Shown here piece after piece: positions 36,218 to 45,217 of a stretch of DNA of 64,000 nucleotides. A program made the position numbers and the translations under genes. The notes under the pieces are model-generated. The model saw nothing but the letters and a program-made list of their open reading frames with translations. It did no database searches and was not told the origin of the DNA. Origin of the DNA: an archaeon (lineage in GTDB: Archaea > Iainarchaeota > Iainarchaeia > Iainarchaeales > JAAZKV01); NCBI GenBank assembly GCA_041661245.1, contig JBAZUY010000001.1:294876-358875 (forward strand), written 5' to 3'. Position 1 is the stretch's first letter. The number at the start of each line of letters is the position of its first letter.

Positions 36218-36835
36218 TTATAATCTTTTTGCCCACTTGCCCCGCTTTACATGCCCTTTACTTACTTCTTTATGCACTTTTTGGGTTTCCCCCAAAGAAT
36301 TGGCCGAAAATAGGATTGCAAGAACAATTGGAAACAAAATTGAGGAAATTAATGCAAAAAGAGCCGCTTTGAATAAAAAATCTTCAAAAATTAGCGGGTG
36401 CGTTCCAATTACATAATCAAAAAAATCATTAATCAAAAATAGAACTATCGCAAAAAGAACGTGCTTAAATTTGAACTGAAATAATTTTGCAAAAATTATT
36501 GTTTCAATAATTAAAAGAAGATGACTTAAAATAAACAACCAATACACACTCATTTCGCCGCTTAAATAAAACACAAAAATTGTCCAAAGACCGTACTTAA
36601 AGTTTCCAACAATTGAAATCAGTGAAAGCATTGCGCTAGGCTTTTCTCTAATTAAAAGCAAAACATTAATTCCAAAAAGTAATGCAAATATCGGGCAATC
36701 AGCAACAAATATCCAAAATAACGGACTAGTTTGATTTAATTGCGGCAAATAATAAGAAAGAGAATAAATTCCCGCAGCAAAATTAATCAACGCAAGTAAA
36801 AAAAGAAATCTTTTATCATAAAGAAACTCAATCAT
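36218..36835 (-). CDS. DUF1405-like membrane protein
   Basis: About 6 TM with FWIFVADCPIFALLF, typical of DUF1405. Confidence 0.5.
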   Translation of the reverse strand: MIEFLYDKRFLFLLALINFAAGIYSLSYYLPQLNQTSPLFWIFVADCPIFALLFGINVLLLIREKPSAMLSLISIVGNFKYGLWTIFVFYLSGEMSVYWLFILSHLLLIIETIIFAKLFQFKFKHVLFAIVLFLINDFFDYVIGTHPLIFEDFLFKAALFALISSILFPIVLAILFSANSLGETQKVHKEVSKGHVKRGKWAKRL

Positions 36836-36875
36836 TCATAAATCCCTCTGGCAAAGTCAAATAAATAACGAATCG

Positions 36876-36912
36876 AAATAAAGAAAAAGAAACCCGTCGG
36901 CAAATGCCGACG
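36876..36912 (-). terminator. GC-rich hairpin plus T-run downstream of 36931..37989
   Basis: On the minus strand, CGTCGGCA-tt-TGCCGACG is followed by GGTTTCTTTTTCTTTATTT. It stands out in AT-rich DNA. Confidence 0.6.
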
Positions 36913-36930
36913 AGTGAATTAATGCTTATT

Positions 36931-37989
36931 TTAGCAACTTCCGCCTTGAGTAGTTGCTGTTGCGTCACCGCTTAAAACTGCAGAACACTCAGCAGGTGCA
37001 GTTGTAAATGAATTACAAATAGCAACCTTGTATGCTTCAGAATTACCGTATTGGTAAACTGCAGTAGTGTTAACTCCGTTGATTAATAAAGTTGGAGAAC
37101 CGTTTGCATTAGCAGCTGTTGAAGCAGCTTCATTTGCTTTCATTAAAGCAACTCCTTCACTTGCAACACAAGCATTGATTTTTGCTTTATCAATACCAAG
37201 AGCTGTTGCACCAGTTTCCCAGCAAGATCCATTTGATCCACAATTATCGTTCACATAAACCATGAAATTCATTAATTTGTTCATGTCATAGTTCTTTAGA
37301 ACACAAGCTTCTCTTTCGTTTTGTACTACTTCAGGAGCACCGTGTAATGAAACAACATTGTTTCCATCAGTGTTCACAATAAAATGAACATTGAAAGTTG
37401 CTTTATCTTTTAGTAAATTATATACTGGCAACATTGTGTCTTCTGCTTTATTTCCAAAAGGACAGAAACTCATTACATACAAATCAACAACAGGTTTGTC
37501 AGTTTTTACTGGAGTTGCTGTAACTGGTTCTTCTGTAACAGGTTTTGCAATAGCTTTATTCATATCCATTGCCTTATCCATTGCTAAAACTAATTTTTCT
37601 GAATTAGCATAAGCTATTCCAGCTAATTGATTTGCATCTCCTTTAATTGCATAAATGTTTAACTCTAAAAGTCCGCCAACAATAGTGTTAGTGTCTTCAA
37701 CTACAAAAGTTATTCCATTATTTGCAAAATTATCATTAATGTATTTTCCCGCAGTTAACATTACACTTGTTTTGTCAATAGTTTGAACTTGTGCATTTGT
37801 ATTATTTGTAGCAGACATTGATCCTGCTCCAAATCCAACCCATGTAGCAATAATAGCTGTTACTATAACTAAAGCTGCGATTAAAGCGATAGTAGACACT
37901 CCAAGACCAAGAATCTTTTGCTCTTGGGAAGCAGCCTCTACGTGCGCATGATGCTCATGATGAGCATGTTCCTTATGTTCTTTACTCAT
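36931..37989 (-). CDS. Membrane-anchored DsbA/thioredoxin-like protein with His-rich N-terminal tail
   Basis: MSKEHKEHAHHEHHAHVE tail, one TM, then LYVMSFCPFG (CPFG in place of CxxC) and GSPTLLINGV (DsbA-like). Several further Cys pairs. Confidence 0.5.
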   Translation of the reverse strand: MSKEHKEHAHHEHHAHVEAASQEQKILGLGVSTIALIAALVIVTAIIATWVGFGAGSMSATNNTNAQVQTIDKTSVMLTAGKYINDNFANNGITFVVEDTNTIVGGLLELNIYAIKGDANQLAGIAYANSEKLVLAMDKAMDMNKAIAKPVTEEPVTATPVKTDKPVVDLYVMSFCPFGNKAEDTMLPVYNLLKDKATFNVHFIVNTDGNNVVSLHGAPEVVQNEREACVLKNYDMNKLMNFMVYVNDNCGSNGSCWETGATALGIDKAKINACVASEGVALMKANEAASTAANANGSPTLLINGVNTTAVYQYGNSEAYKVAICNSFTTAPAECSAVLSGDATATTQGGSC

Positions 37990-38082
37990 ACCAAATCCTC
38001 CAAAATGTTTAGTAATAAAAATAAATTATCTTTAAAAAAAACACTAAAATTCAACTTTTAAACCTACTCTCAAGCAAAATAA

Positions 38083-38529
38083 TCACACTTGTTTTTTGAC
38101 TAAGAGCGAATTACAGTCAAGTCCGAGATTGTTATCCAATATTACAGGATTTGGATTTGTTTTACCTGTCAAATTGTTCAAAACACAAAGTTCAGTACTA
38201 TTAGGACCATAACAATTACCGTAAGCAACCCAATTGTAAACTCCGCTTACTCCAACATACAAACTCCAAATCATTGAAAGAATCATTATAATAGTAAAAA
38301 TCCAAGAAATAGTTTCAAAGTGCTTAAACACAAATCCGCCCAAGTCCTTGTTTACTCCAGAAAGTCTAGTAGTAATTTTCATTTTCATTTTCTTATCAAA
38401 AGAAGTAGTGCATTTTCTTAAAGTAACTTTTCTAAAAACGCAGTCTAATGCCTCAAAGAAATAAGCCCGGTATTTAGCAGAGATAAGCCCCAGCACTGCG
38501 AATACTACTAATGCAATTACACAAATCAT
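38083..38529 (-). CDS. Two-TM membrane protein with paired cysteines
   Basis: CVFRKVTLRKC follows TM1 and GNCYGPNSTELC follows TM2. Confidence 0.4.
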   Translation of the reverse strand: MICVIALVVFAVLGLISAKYRAYFFEALDCVFRKVTLRKCTTSFDKKMKMKITTRLSGVNKDLGGFVFKHFETISWIFTIIMILSMIWSLYVGVSGVYNWVAYGNCYGPNSTELCVLNNLTGKTNPNPVILDNNLGLDCNSLLVKKQV

Positions 38530-38555
38530 ACAATCACTTTCTTACATAATAGGTA

Positions 38556-38619
38556 CTGAAACCATTAATATGGGTTAGTGAAACCAAGTAACACCCTTGT
38601 TTCCACGCTGTGAAACAAG
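38556..38619. promoter_or_regulatory. Three direct TGAAAC(C/A)A repeats plus one inverted copy upstream of 38083..38529
   Basis: ctgaaaccat (38556), gtgaaaccaag (38578) and gtgaaacaag (38610). CTTGTTTC/GAAACAAG forms an 8-bp inverted repeat at 38596..38619. Confidence 0.35.
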
Positions 38620-38718
38620 ATTACTTAAGTTCCCCCCAATAACGCCATTGCAAAATTGAAGATAAGAAATAAGAAAATGTTTAAAAAGAAAAGGAAATTG
38701 CTCTGCTTTAGACTAACG

Positions 38719-40410
38719 TTAATTTTTCTTAGGAACAACTTTAACAGGCGCAGGGGAAGTACCGGCAAACTTTTCTTTTAATTCAGCCATTTTTTTCTCT
38801 TCAAGTTTTTCAAATAAAATTCCTTCTTTTTTTAGTTGTCTTCCTTCTTCAATTTCTTTAAAACTACCTTCAATCCCCGTTTCAACTAAAGGATTTGATT
38901 CATTAAGCATTAACCAAATCTTTTCACTCGCAACAGGGGTAAATGGATGATACAATACTGCCAAAATCTTGCACAAATCAATGCACTCCGCAATTATTGA
39001 TAAAGCTGCAGGCATATCTGTTTTTGATAAAGTCCAAGGGGCAGTATCTTGTAAATATTTATTTCCAACAGAACTAATCTCGTTCGCTTTCATTAAAGCA
39101 TCCTTGATTTTTACTTGCTTGAAAAGTTCTTGATAATCTTTAACCATTGGTTTTATTTTTTCAATTAAAGTATTAGAATTCTTTTTTGCTTTCTTTAATT
39201 CATTATATTTTTCATCAAGAGAAATAACTCTATTAACAAAATTTCCAAAGTTCCCAACAAGTTCATTATTCACTTTAATCATGAAATCATTCCACTCAAA
39301 CGCGGAATCCCCTGATTCAGGTCGGATTCTAAATAAATAATATCTCCAAATATCAACAGCGATCCCAGTTTCTTTTGCCGAATCCCCAAACACCCCAGTG
39401 CTTTTACTTTTAGAGAATTTTTTGTCTTCATAATTCAAATAATCAGTTGAAGCTAAGTAATCCACGAGTTTGTAATTTTCTTTTGTTCCAATTAAAAATG
39501 CAGGGAACATTATTGCGTGGAAAGGAACATTATCCTTACCCATGAACTGGTACAAATTGACATCTTTATTCATCCACCAGTTCTTCCAAGTGTCAGGTTT
39601 GTTTTCAATTGTAATTCCAATATACCCAATAGGTGCATCAAACCAACTATAGAATACTTTATTTTCCCAACCAGCAAGAGGAATTTTTACGCCCCATTCA
39701 AGATCACGAGTAATGCATCTTTCTTTTAGCCCTTGTTTTAACCACTGATCAGTAATGTTAACTGCAACATCACTCCATTTCTTTTTAGTGGTGTCATACC
39801 ATGTCCTCAAATCAGGCTCGATTTTTGGCAAATCAATATACAAGTGTTTGGTTTCTTTCATCACTGGTTTTGTTCCATCAATCTTGGAAATAGGATTAAT
39901 TAATTCAATTGGTTCAAGAAGTTTTCCACACGCGTCACATTGATCGCCTCTTGCTCCACTCGCATGACAATAAGGACACTCCCCTTCAACAAATCTATCA
40001 CTTAAAAATTTCTTTGATTTTTCTGAATACAATTGAGTAATAGTATGCTCTGTAATTAGTCCATTTTCATAAAGCTTTTTGAAAATGTGTTGAGTAATTT
40101 CTGCATTTTCTTTACTTGAGGTTCTCCCTAAACAATCATAACTAGTCAAAAACCAATCATAAATGGATTTGTGAATTATAAAATACTTGTCAACTAATTG
40201 TCTTGGAGTTACTCCTTCTTCAAGCGCTTTAACTTCAGCGGTAGTTCCGTGTTCATCAGTACCTAAAACAAACAAAACTTCATTCCCATCAATTCTCATG
40301 AATCTACTAAAAGCATCCGCACTCAAAACAGAACCAATTAAGTTCCCCAAATGAGGAACATTATTTACATACGGTAAAGCACTTGTAACCAAAATCTTAT
40401 TCTTAACCAA
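38719..40410 (-). CDS. metG: Methionyl-tRNA synthetase
   Basis: ALPYVNNVPHLGNLIG (HIGH), KFSKSKS (KMSKS) and the CPYC...CDAC zinc knuckle. TTG start. Confidence 0.92.
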   Translation of the reverse strand: MVKNKILVTSALPYVNNVPHLGNLIGSVLSADAFSRFMRIDGNEVLFVLGTDEHGTTAEVKALEEGVTPRQLVDKYFIIHKSIYDWFLTSYDCLGRTSSKENAEITQHIFKKLYENGLITEHTITQLYSEKSKKFLSDRFVEGECPYCHASGARGDQCDACGKLLEPIELINPISKIDGTKPVMKETKHLYIDLPKIEPDLRTWYDTTKKKWSDVAVNITDQWLKQGLKERCITRDLEWGVKIPLAGWENKVFYSWFDAPIGYIGITIENKPDTWKNWWMNKDVNLYQFMGKDNVPFHAIMFPAFLIGTKENYKLVDYLASTDYLNYEDKKFSKSKSTGVFGDSAKETGIAVDIWRYYLFRIRPESGDSAFEWNDFMIKVNNELVGNFGNFVNRVISLDEKYNELKKAKKNSNTLIEKIKPMVKDYQELFKQVKIKDALMKANEISSVGNKYLQDTAPWTLSKTDMPAALSIIAECIDLCKILAVLYHPFTPVASEKIWLMLNESNPLVETGIEGSFKEIEEGRQLKKEGILFEKLEEKKMAELKEKFAGTSPAPVKVVPKKN

Positions 40411-40510
40411 AATAACACCATTTTCTATAAGTAAGACTCACTAAAAAGGGTTTAAAAAAACACAAGTGGGGGGCAAAGTAAGAGAAACTCCAAACTATTC
40501 AAATACGCTT

Positions 40511-40532
40511 TAATCAACCAATTGGTTGATTA
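40511..40532. promoter_or_regulatory. 22-bp perfect palindrome TAATCAACCAA|TTGGTTGATTA (candidate operator)
   Basis: Read directly. It lies about 17 nt upstream of an ATATTAAT TATA-like box and about 45 nt upstream of the ATG at 40578. Confidence 0.45.
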
Positions 40533-40577
40533 GTTTTCTACCTCAACCATATTAATCACCCTAAACGCATTAGTAAT

Positions 40578-40769
40578 ATGGACACCCCAAGACTCCCCCA
40601 ATTTGAAGAAAGAATAATTAGTTACTTGGAATATGAACAAGTTCAGCAAATTATTCAAGAAATGGGGAGTTGCGATTTTCTTTTAATTGAACACAAATCC
40701 AGAACAAAACAACTATTTTTCAAGAAAATCCCTTACGAACCAGAAACACTAATAATAGGTGAACAATAA
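40578..40769 (+). CDS. Small hypothetical protein (63 aa)
   Basis: ORF whose stop overlaps the next start (TAATG at 40767-40771). Confidence 0.35.
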   Translation: MDTPRLPQFEERIISYLEYEQVQQIIQEMGSCDFLLIEHKSRTKQLFFKKIPYEPETLIIGEQ

Positions 40770-41074
40770 TGCTAAGTGTTCTTGAAAATGCATACTTTAG
40801 AAAAGCCCAAGAACATCCAAACTTTAGTCAAACCCACCAAAAAATACTATTTGCACTCCTAACAGAACAAAAATACTATGCAAAAAACGAACTACTACTC
40901 TTTGCCAACCACTGCGAAAAAAAACTAGACACAGCGATAAAAGAACTAGAATCCACCGGCACCATCAAAACAGAAGGGTGGCTAGTAAAAATAAATGATT
41001 ATGAAACACTAAACCGCAAGTTGATTCCAGAATTGGAGATGATTGAAAACAAAGTAAAAACAAAAAAAGGCTAA
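40769..41074 (+). CDS. Small hypothetical protein, possible winged helix (101 aa)
   Basis: HQKILFALLTEQKYYAKNELLLFANHCEKKLDTAIKELESTGTI resembles a wHTH. Confidence 0.35.
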   Translation: MLSVLENAYFRKAQEHPNFSQTHQKILFALLTEQKYYAKNELLLFANHCEKKLDTAIKELESTGTIKTEGWLVKINDYETLNRKLIPELEMIENKVKTKKG

Positions 41075-41103
41075 TTCAAAAACTGTTTGGCCAGAGCTAA
41101 TTT

Positions 41104-41850
41104 ATGGAAACATATGATTTTAGTAAACCAATTCATTACACTGCAACAGTGTTTGTGATTCATGAAAAAAAGCTTTTGTTATTGAAACAAGATAAAAGCT
41201 CTTTTTGGTTACTCCCTGGAGGACACATTGAAGACAATGAACTACCGCATGAAGCGGCTGTTCGAGAAGTACTTGAAGAAACCGGATTAACTATTGAACT
41301 ATTACAAAAACCCGATGAGAACGCAAGAACAAAAATAGCAACACCCTTGCCAATACCAATTACGCTACAATTACTACCTTGCAGAGACAAAAAAGACATT
41401 TCCTTTTATTACACTGCAAAAGTAGTTTCAGGTGAAGTAAAAATTGATTCTGAATCCACAAGTGCAAAATGGTTTACGCTTAAAGAAATACTAAACACTC
41501 CGGAAGTTGGACCGAATACAAAATATTACGCAAGGAAACTATTAGAAGAAACAAAACTCGTTCGTGATAATATCCCAAAAATAATGCTTTCAGTAGGTAA
41601 ACAACCCATAACACACATTGCTAATGAAAAAGAATACAAAGAATACTTACTCAAAAAACTTGATGAAGAAGTTCTTGAAGTTAAAAATGATTTAAACGAA
41701 GAAGAACTAGCCGATGCTTTAGAAGTAATATATGCACTAGCAGAAACAATAGGAAAAACCCCACAGAACTTGGAAAATCTAAGAAAACTCAAAAAAGAGA
41801 AAAACGGCGGATTTGAGAAGAAAATCATCCTAGAAAACCATTTAAAATAA
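41104..41850 (+). CDS. Nudix hydrolase fused to a MazG/PRA-PH-like all-alpha NTP pyrophosphohydrolase domain
   Basis: Nudix box GGHIEDNELPHEAAVREVLEETGL. The C-terminal half has LVRDNIPKIM...EEVLEV...EELADALEVIYALAE, a MazG-like EExxE/D helix pair. Confidence 0.7.
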   Translation: METYDFSKPIHYTATVFVIHEKKLLLLKQDKSSFWLLPGGHIEDNELPHEAAVREVLEETGLTIELLQKPDENARTKIATPLPIPITLQLLPCRDKKDISFYYTAKVVSGEVKIDSESTSAKWFTLKEILNTPEVGPNTKYYARKLLEETKLVRDNIPKIMLSVGKQPITHIANEKEYKEYLLKKLDEEVLEVKNDLNEEELADALEVIYALAETIGKTPQNLENLRKLKKEKNGGFEKKIILENHLK

Positions 41851-41870
41851 GTTTAGGGCAAAAATAAGGT

Positions 41871-42695
41871 ATGCAAACAAGCCTTTTGGCACCGTTACTA
41901 GGAAACTCTACAAAAAGCACAATAATCCAACTCTTATCGGAAAAATCACTAACTTTGAAAGAACTACACAACCAAATAGAAAAAACAAACTCAAAATCAA
42001 TCACTTACCAAGCAACACACAAAGCAGTAAGCGAAATGATAAACGAAGAAATATTAATTAAAAATCTCAACAAAAAAATCGAAATAAATAAAGCCTGGGT
42101 GGAAAAGATAAACACATTCACTGTTACACTTAACTCAAAGATTGATAGTCCTAAAGAAAATTTACCAGGAAAATCAGAAACATATTATTTTGACAATTTT
42201 GTGGAATATGCAAGATTCACAATAAGATTTTTTATAGATGCCCCAAATCCAGGAAACAAAGAAGGAGTTTGTATCCTCCGCCATTCGTGGCCATTGTTTG
42301 GAATGAGCACTAGGGATTACGAATTACTAAAAAAATTATTCTCGGAAACAACCTTTTATGAAATTGTAAAAAACAACACCCCCTTAGATGTTGCATTTGG
42401 AAAAACTGTTGAGCAAATTGGAAAAAAAGTGAAACTGCCCGTAAAATACGAGTCCAACTGCGAGGTGGTAGTGAAAGGAGATCAAGTCTACCAAGCATTT
42501 TATACAGAGGATTTCATAAAAACATTTGATACGCTTTACAATCAATACACCACTATGAACGACACAGTAATGAATGAACTAATTACAAAAATAATGGCAC
42601 CAAAAACAAAGATCACAGTAAACATATTCAAAGACAAAGAAACCGCTGAAAAAATAAGGAAAGAAGTTCTAGTGCAATTTAAAAAAAAGAACTGA
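41871..42695 (+). CDS. Winged-helix DNA-binding protein, paralogue of 3420..4265
   Basis: TIIQLLSEKSLTLKELHNQIEKTNSKSITYQATHKAVSEMINEEILI aligns by eye with the N-terminus of the 3420 ORF. Similar length. Confidence 0.4.
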   Translation: MQTSLLAPLLGNSTKSTIIQLLSEKSLTLKELHNQIEKTNSKSITYQATHKAVSEMINEEILIKNLNKKIEINKAWVEKINTFTVTLNSKIDSPKENLPGKSETYYFDNFVEYARFTIRFFIDAPNPGNKEGVCILRHSWPLFGMSTRDYELLKKLFSETTFYEIVKNNTPLDVAFGKTVEQIGKKVKLPVKYESNCEVVVKGDQVYQAFYTEDFIKTFDTLYNQYTTMNDTVMNELITKIMAPKTKITVNIFKDKETAEKIRKEVLVQFKKKN

Positions 42696-43371
42696 TTTTG
42701 CCAAGAATATTTTCGTGATTCGCAAGAAGATATCCTTCTTTTTTTGCTAATTCAATTAAACTAGGAGTCGGATTTAGCGCAATTTTTTTTCCAGTCAAAT
42801 CAAAGATTTGCTTGTCATGAATCGTGTCCCCAATCCCAATAGAATCTTTCAAAGAAATCTTTTTTAATTTGCAGAAAGATTCAATTGCTTTCTTTTTTCC
42901 CGCTTCTGACTGCAAATCCGTAACTACCCGCGGAACATATCTTCCATTTTTTACTTCAACTTGGGATGCAAAAACATAATCCATTCCCAAAAAATTTTTT
43001 ATCAGTACGGCAGTTTCAAAAACCCCCACAGAAATTCCTATTACCAAATACCCTTCGTTTTGAAAGGATTTTACCAATTCTTTAGACGTAGAGTATATTT
43101 TGTGCTTAAAGGAAGGAAAAAATAATTTAGCCTCCGCTTCGAGAGTTTCTTGTTTGAGACCACTTATTCCATTTGCCCAAATATTTGCCCATTCTTTGAG
43201 CCAAGGAACGAACTCAATCTGGCCCAGTTTATACATTTGCATTAGTTTGTTTTGCTGCAAATAAGACGCTTCAGAAAAAAGATCCTTTTTGTGCAAGTAT
43301 TCCACAAAATCAATTGTAATGAACCCTTGCAACAAAGTCCCATCAATATCTGTAAACACTGCTTTAACCAT
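42679..43371 (-). CDS. HAD-IB family hydrolase (phosphoserine-phosphatase-like)
   Basis: AVFTDIDGTLL (DxDxT) and GIGDTIHD. Confidence 0.7.
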   Translation of the reverse strand: MVKAVFTDIDGTLLQGFITIDFVEYLHKKDLFSEASYLQQNKLMQMYKLGQIEFVPWLKEWANIWANGISGLKQETLEAEAKLFFPSFKHKIYSTSKELVKSFQNEGYLVIGISVGVFETAVLIKNFLGMDYVFASQVEVKNGRYVPRVVTDLQSEAGKKKAIESFCKLKKISLKDSIGIGDTIHDKQIFDLTGKKIALNPTPSLIELAKKEGYLLANHENILGKISSFF

Positions 43372-43375
43372 TTAA

Positions 43376-44425
43376 TCAACTAAACAAACGTTTTCTTTTG
43401 TTCTTGTCCGAAAGCACTCTTGATTTTTCAAACTTTTCGACTATCCTTGAAAGTAAATCTTTACAATTTTTTGAATATTCCTTAAGTGGGTCTGAAGAGC
43501 TATTTAATGCATCTGCACAATATTTCCCGCTCCGTAGAGCATAACTTATCCCTTCTGCACTACTAGGGCTAATTAAACCCGCAGCTTCGCCACATAGGAG
43601 AACTGAATCTCGCCCCAAGAACAAATCTCTTGATGAACTTGGACGCAAAACTATTGAAGAATTCATAATACCTTCGCCAGTTATCCCAAATTTTTCTGAT
43701 ATTTTCTTCTTCAACAACAAAAATTTTTCCTTAGAATCTTTCGGATCTAATAGAGCCCCAATTTCAATAAACGGCTTTTTTGGAATTATCCACGCATAAA
43801 AGTCAGTTAATTCATTGTCAAAGATAAAATATGCATTGTCCACAGGAATACTACTTCTAATAAACTCTTGAATCCCTATGTAAAACTGAATTTCGTGAGA
43901 ATCAAGTTTTTTTCGCACTCTTGATAAAGCACCATCACACCCAACTAAATACTTTGCAATTATTGGTTTGACCAAACCATTTGCTTCCAACATTACTACC
44001 TTGTGGACTCCATCATGAGTAGCAGTATACTCTACAAAAGTTGTATTTTTTAAGAAATAAACATTTGACTTGTTTCGCACTTTGTCAAAAAGAAAATTGT
44101 CCAACATAAATCGGTCTGTATTCCAAAATCCTTTCTTTGAAACTTTCTCAGAACCATTATTCCAATCGACATAAGTTATGTCTAAGTTCTTTGGCTCAAC
44201 CAAAACACGCTTGTCCAATGTGCTTCCAAAAAAATCTTTACCTTCAGTTACTAATATCCCACTACATGCTTTTTTTCTCGGAAAATCTTTAGAATCGACA
44301 AGTAGAACCTTGAACTTTTCAGATAGATTTGCAGCAAGAGTACACCCTGCCGCCCCAGCCCCGACAATTACTATGTCAAACCCAAGCTCTAGGGAGTCCA
44401 AATCTTTTACAATCATTAGATTCAC
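43376..44425 (-). CDS. Geranylgeranyl reductase family flavoprotein
   Basis: IVIVGAGAAGCTLA FAD loop and LLCGEAAGLISPSSAEGISYAL. Confidence 0.8.
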   Translation of the reverse strand: MNLMIVKDLDSLELGFDIVIVGAGAAGCTLAANLSEKFKVLLVDSKDFPRKKACSGILVTEGKDFFGSTLDKRVLVEPKNLDITYVDWNNGSEKVSKKGFWNTDRFMLDNFLFDKVRNKSNVYFLKNTTFVEYTATHDGVHKVVMLEANGLVKPIIAKYLVGCDGALSRVRKKLDSHEIQFYIGIQEFIRSSIPVDNAYFIFDNELTDFYAWIIPKKPFIEIGALLDPKDSKEKFLLLKKKISEKFGITGEGIMNSSIVLRPSSSRDLFLGRDSVLLCGEAAGLISPSSAEGISYALRSGKYCADALNSSSDPLKEYSKNCKDLLSRIVEKFEKSRVLSDKNKRKRLFS

Positions 44426-45217
44426 CTAAATTAGTTTTCTTCCCGAATATTTTTTTGATAAGTTGAACATTTTTTCAAATTCAGCAAGTCCTTCTTTAGA
44501 CTCAATCATTGACCCTATGTGCAGTGCATCTGCCCCCGACTCCAAAAGCCCTTTAACATGGGCTATGCTTTTTATCCCGCTTGTAGGAATCAAGAAAAGG
44601 TCTGTTTTGTCATGTATCAATCGCACATGAGATTCTGGAGGTGGAAGAAAACTACCAGATCCACCAGCCATAATATAAAATCTAATGCCCAAATACTGGC
44701 AAGCCAACGCATTTGCAAGACTAATCTCAGGTTTATTCCCAGGAATAGGGTTTGCTTGAGTTAACCAATTAGCAGTGCCCCTAGAACTTCTCTCATCAAA
44801 AACATACGCTGTGGGAATGGGCTCCAGGTATTCTGCTTTTAACAATGGCGCACCCATTATCAATGAGTCTCTTAAATAAAATAAATTTGTTGCATTAAAC
44901 ACTGTTGCCCAGTAAATGGACGAACGACCATCCTTGCCTTTTAGAAGAAAACTGCTTGTATTTGATATATAAGTGGAAAAAGTAAAATCAAAATCTTTCA
45001 CAATTATATCAAACAGAGCTTGAATTGAGACAGGATCAATCAAACTACTTCCAACGGCAATATGTTGCACCCCATACGAATCAAGTTTTTGCAACATTTT
45101 TACAGCATCGGCAATTGATTGTTTATCCGGATCAATCTGGGGGATAATTAAAGGATGCTCTTCTCTAAGGGAATAAATTTTCTTTTCAACTTTCCCAATT
45201 TTAAACATACTTCCCAC
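44426..45217 (-). CDS. Geranylgeranylglyceryl phosphate synthase (PcrB/GGGPS family)
   Basis: PQIDPDK, IAVGSS, YIMAGGSGS and IPTSGIKS...LLESGADALHIGSMIE are collinear with GGGPS motifs. Confidence 0.7.
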   Translation of the reverse strand: MGSMFKIGKVEKKIYSLREEHPLIIPQIDPDKQSIADAVKMLQKLDSYGVQHIAVGSSLIDPVSIQALFDIIVKDFDFTFSTYISNTSSFLLKGKDGRSSIYWATVFNATNLFYLRDSLIMGAPLLKAEYLEPIPTAYVFDERSSRGTANWLTQANPIPGNKPEISLANALACQYLGIRFYIMAGGSGSFLPPPESHVRLIHDKTDLFLIPTSGIKSIAHVKGLLESGADALHIGSMIESKEGLAEFEKMFNLSKKYSGRKLI

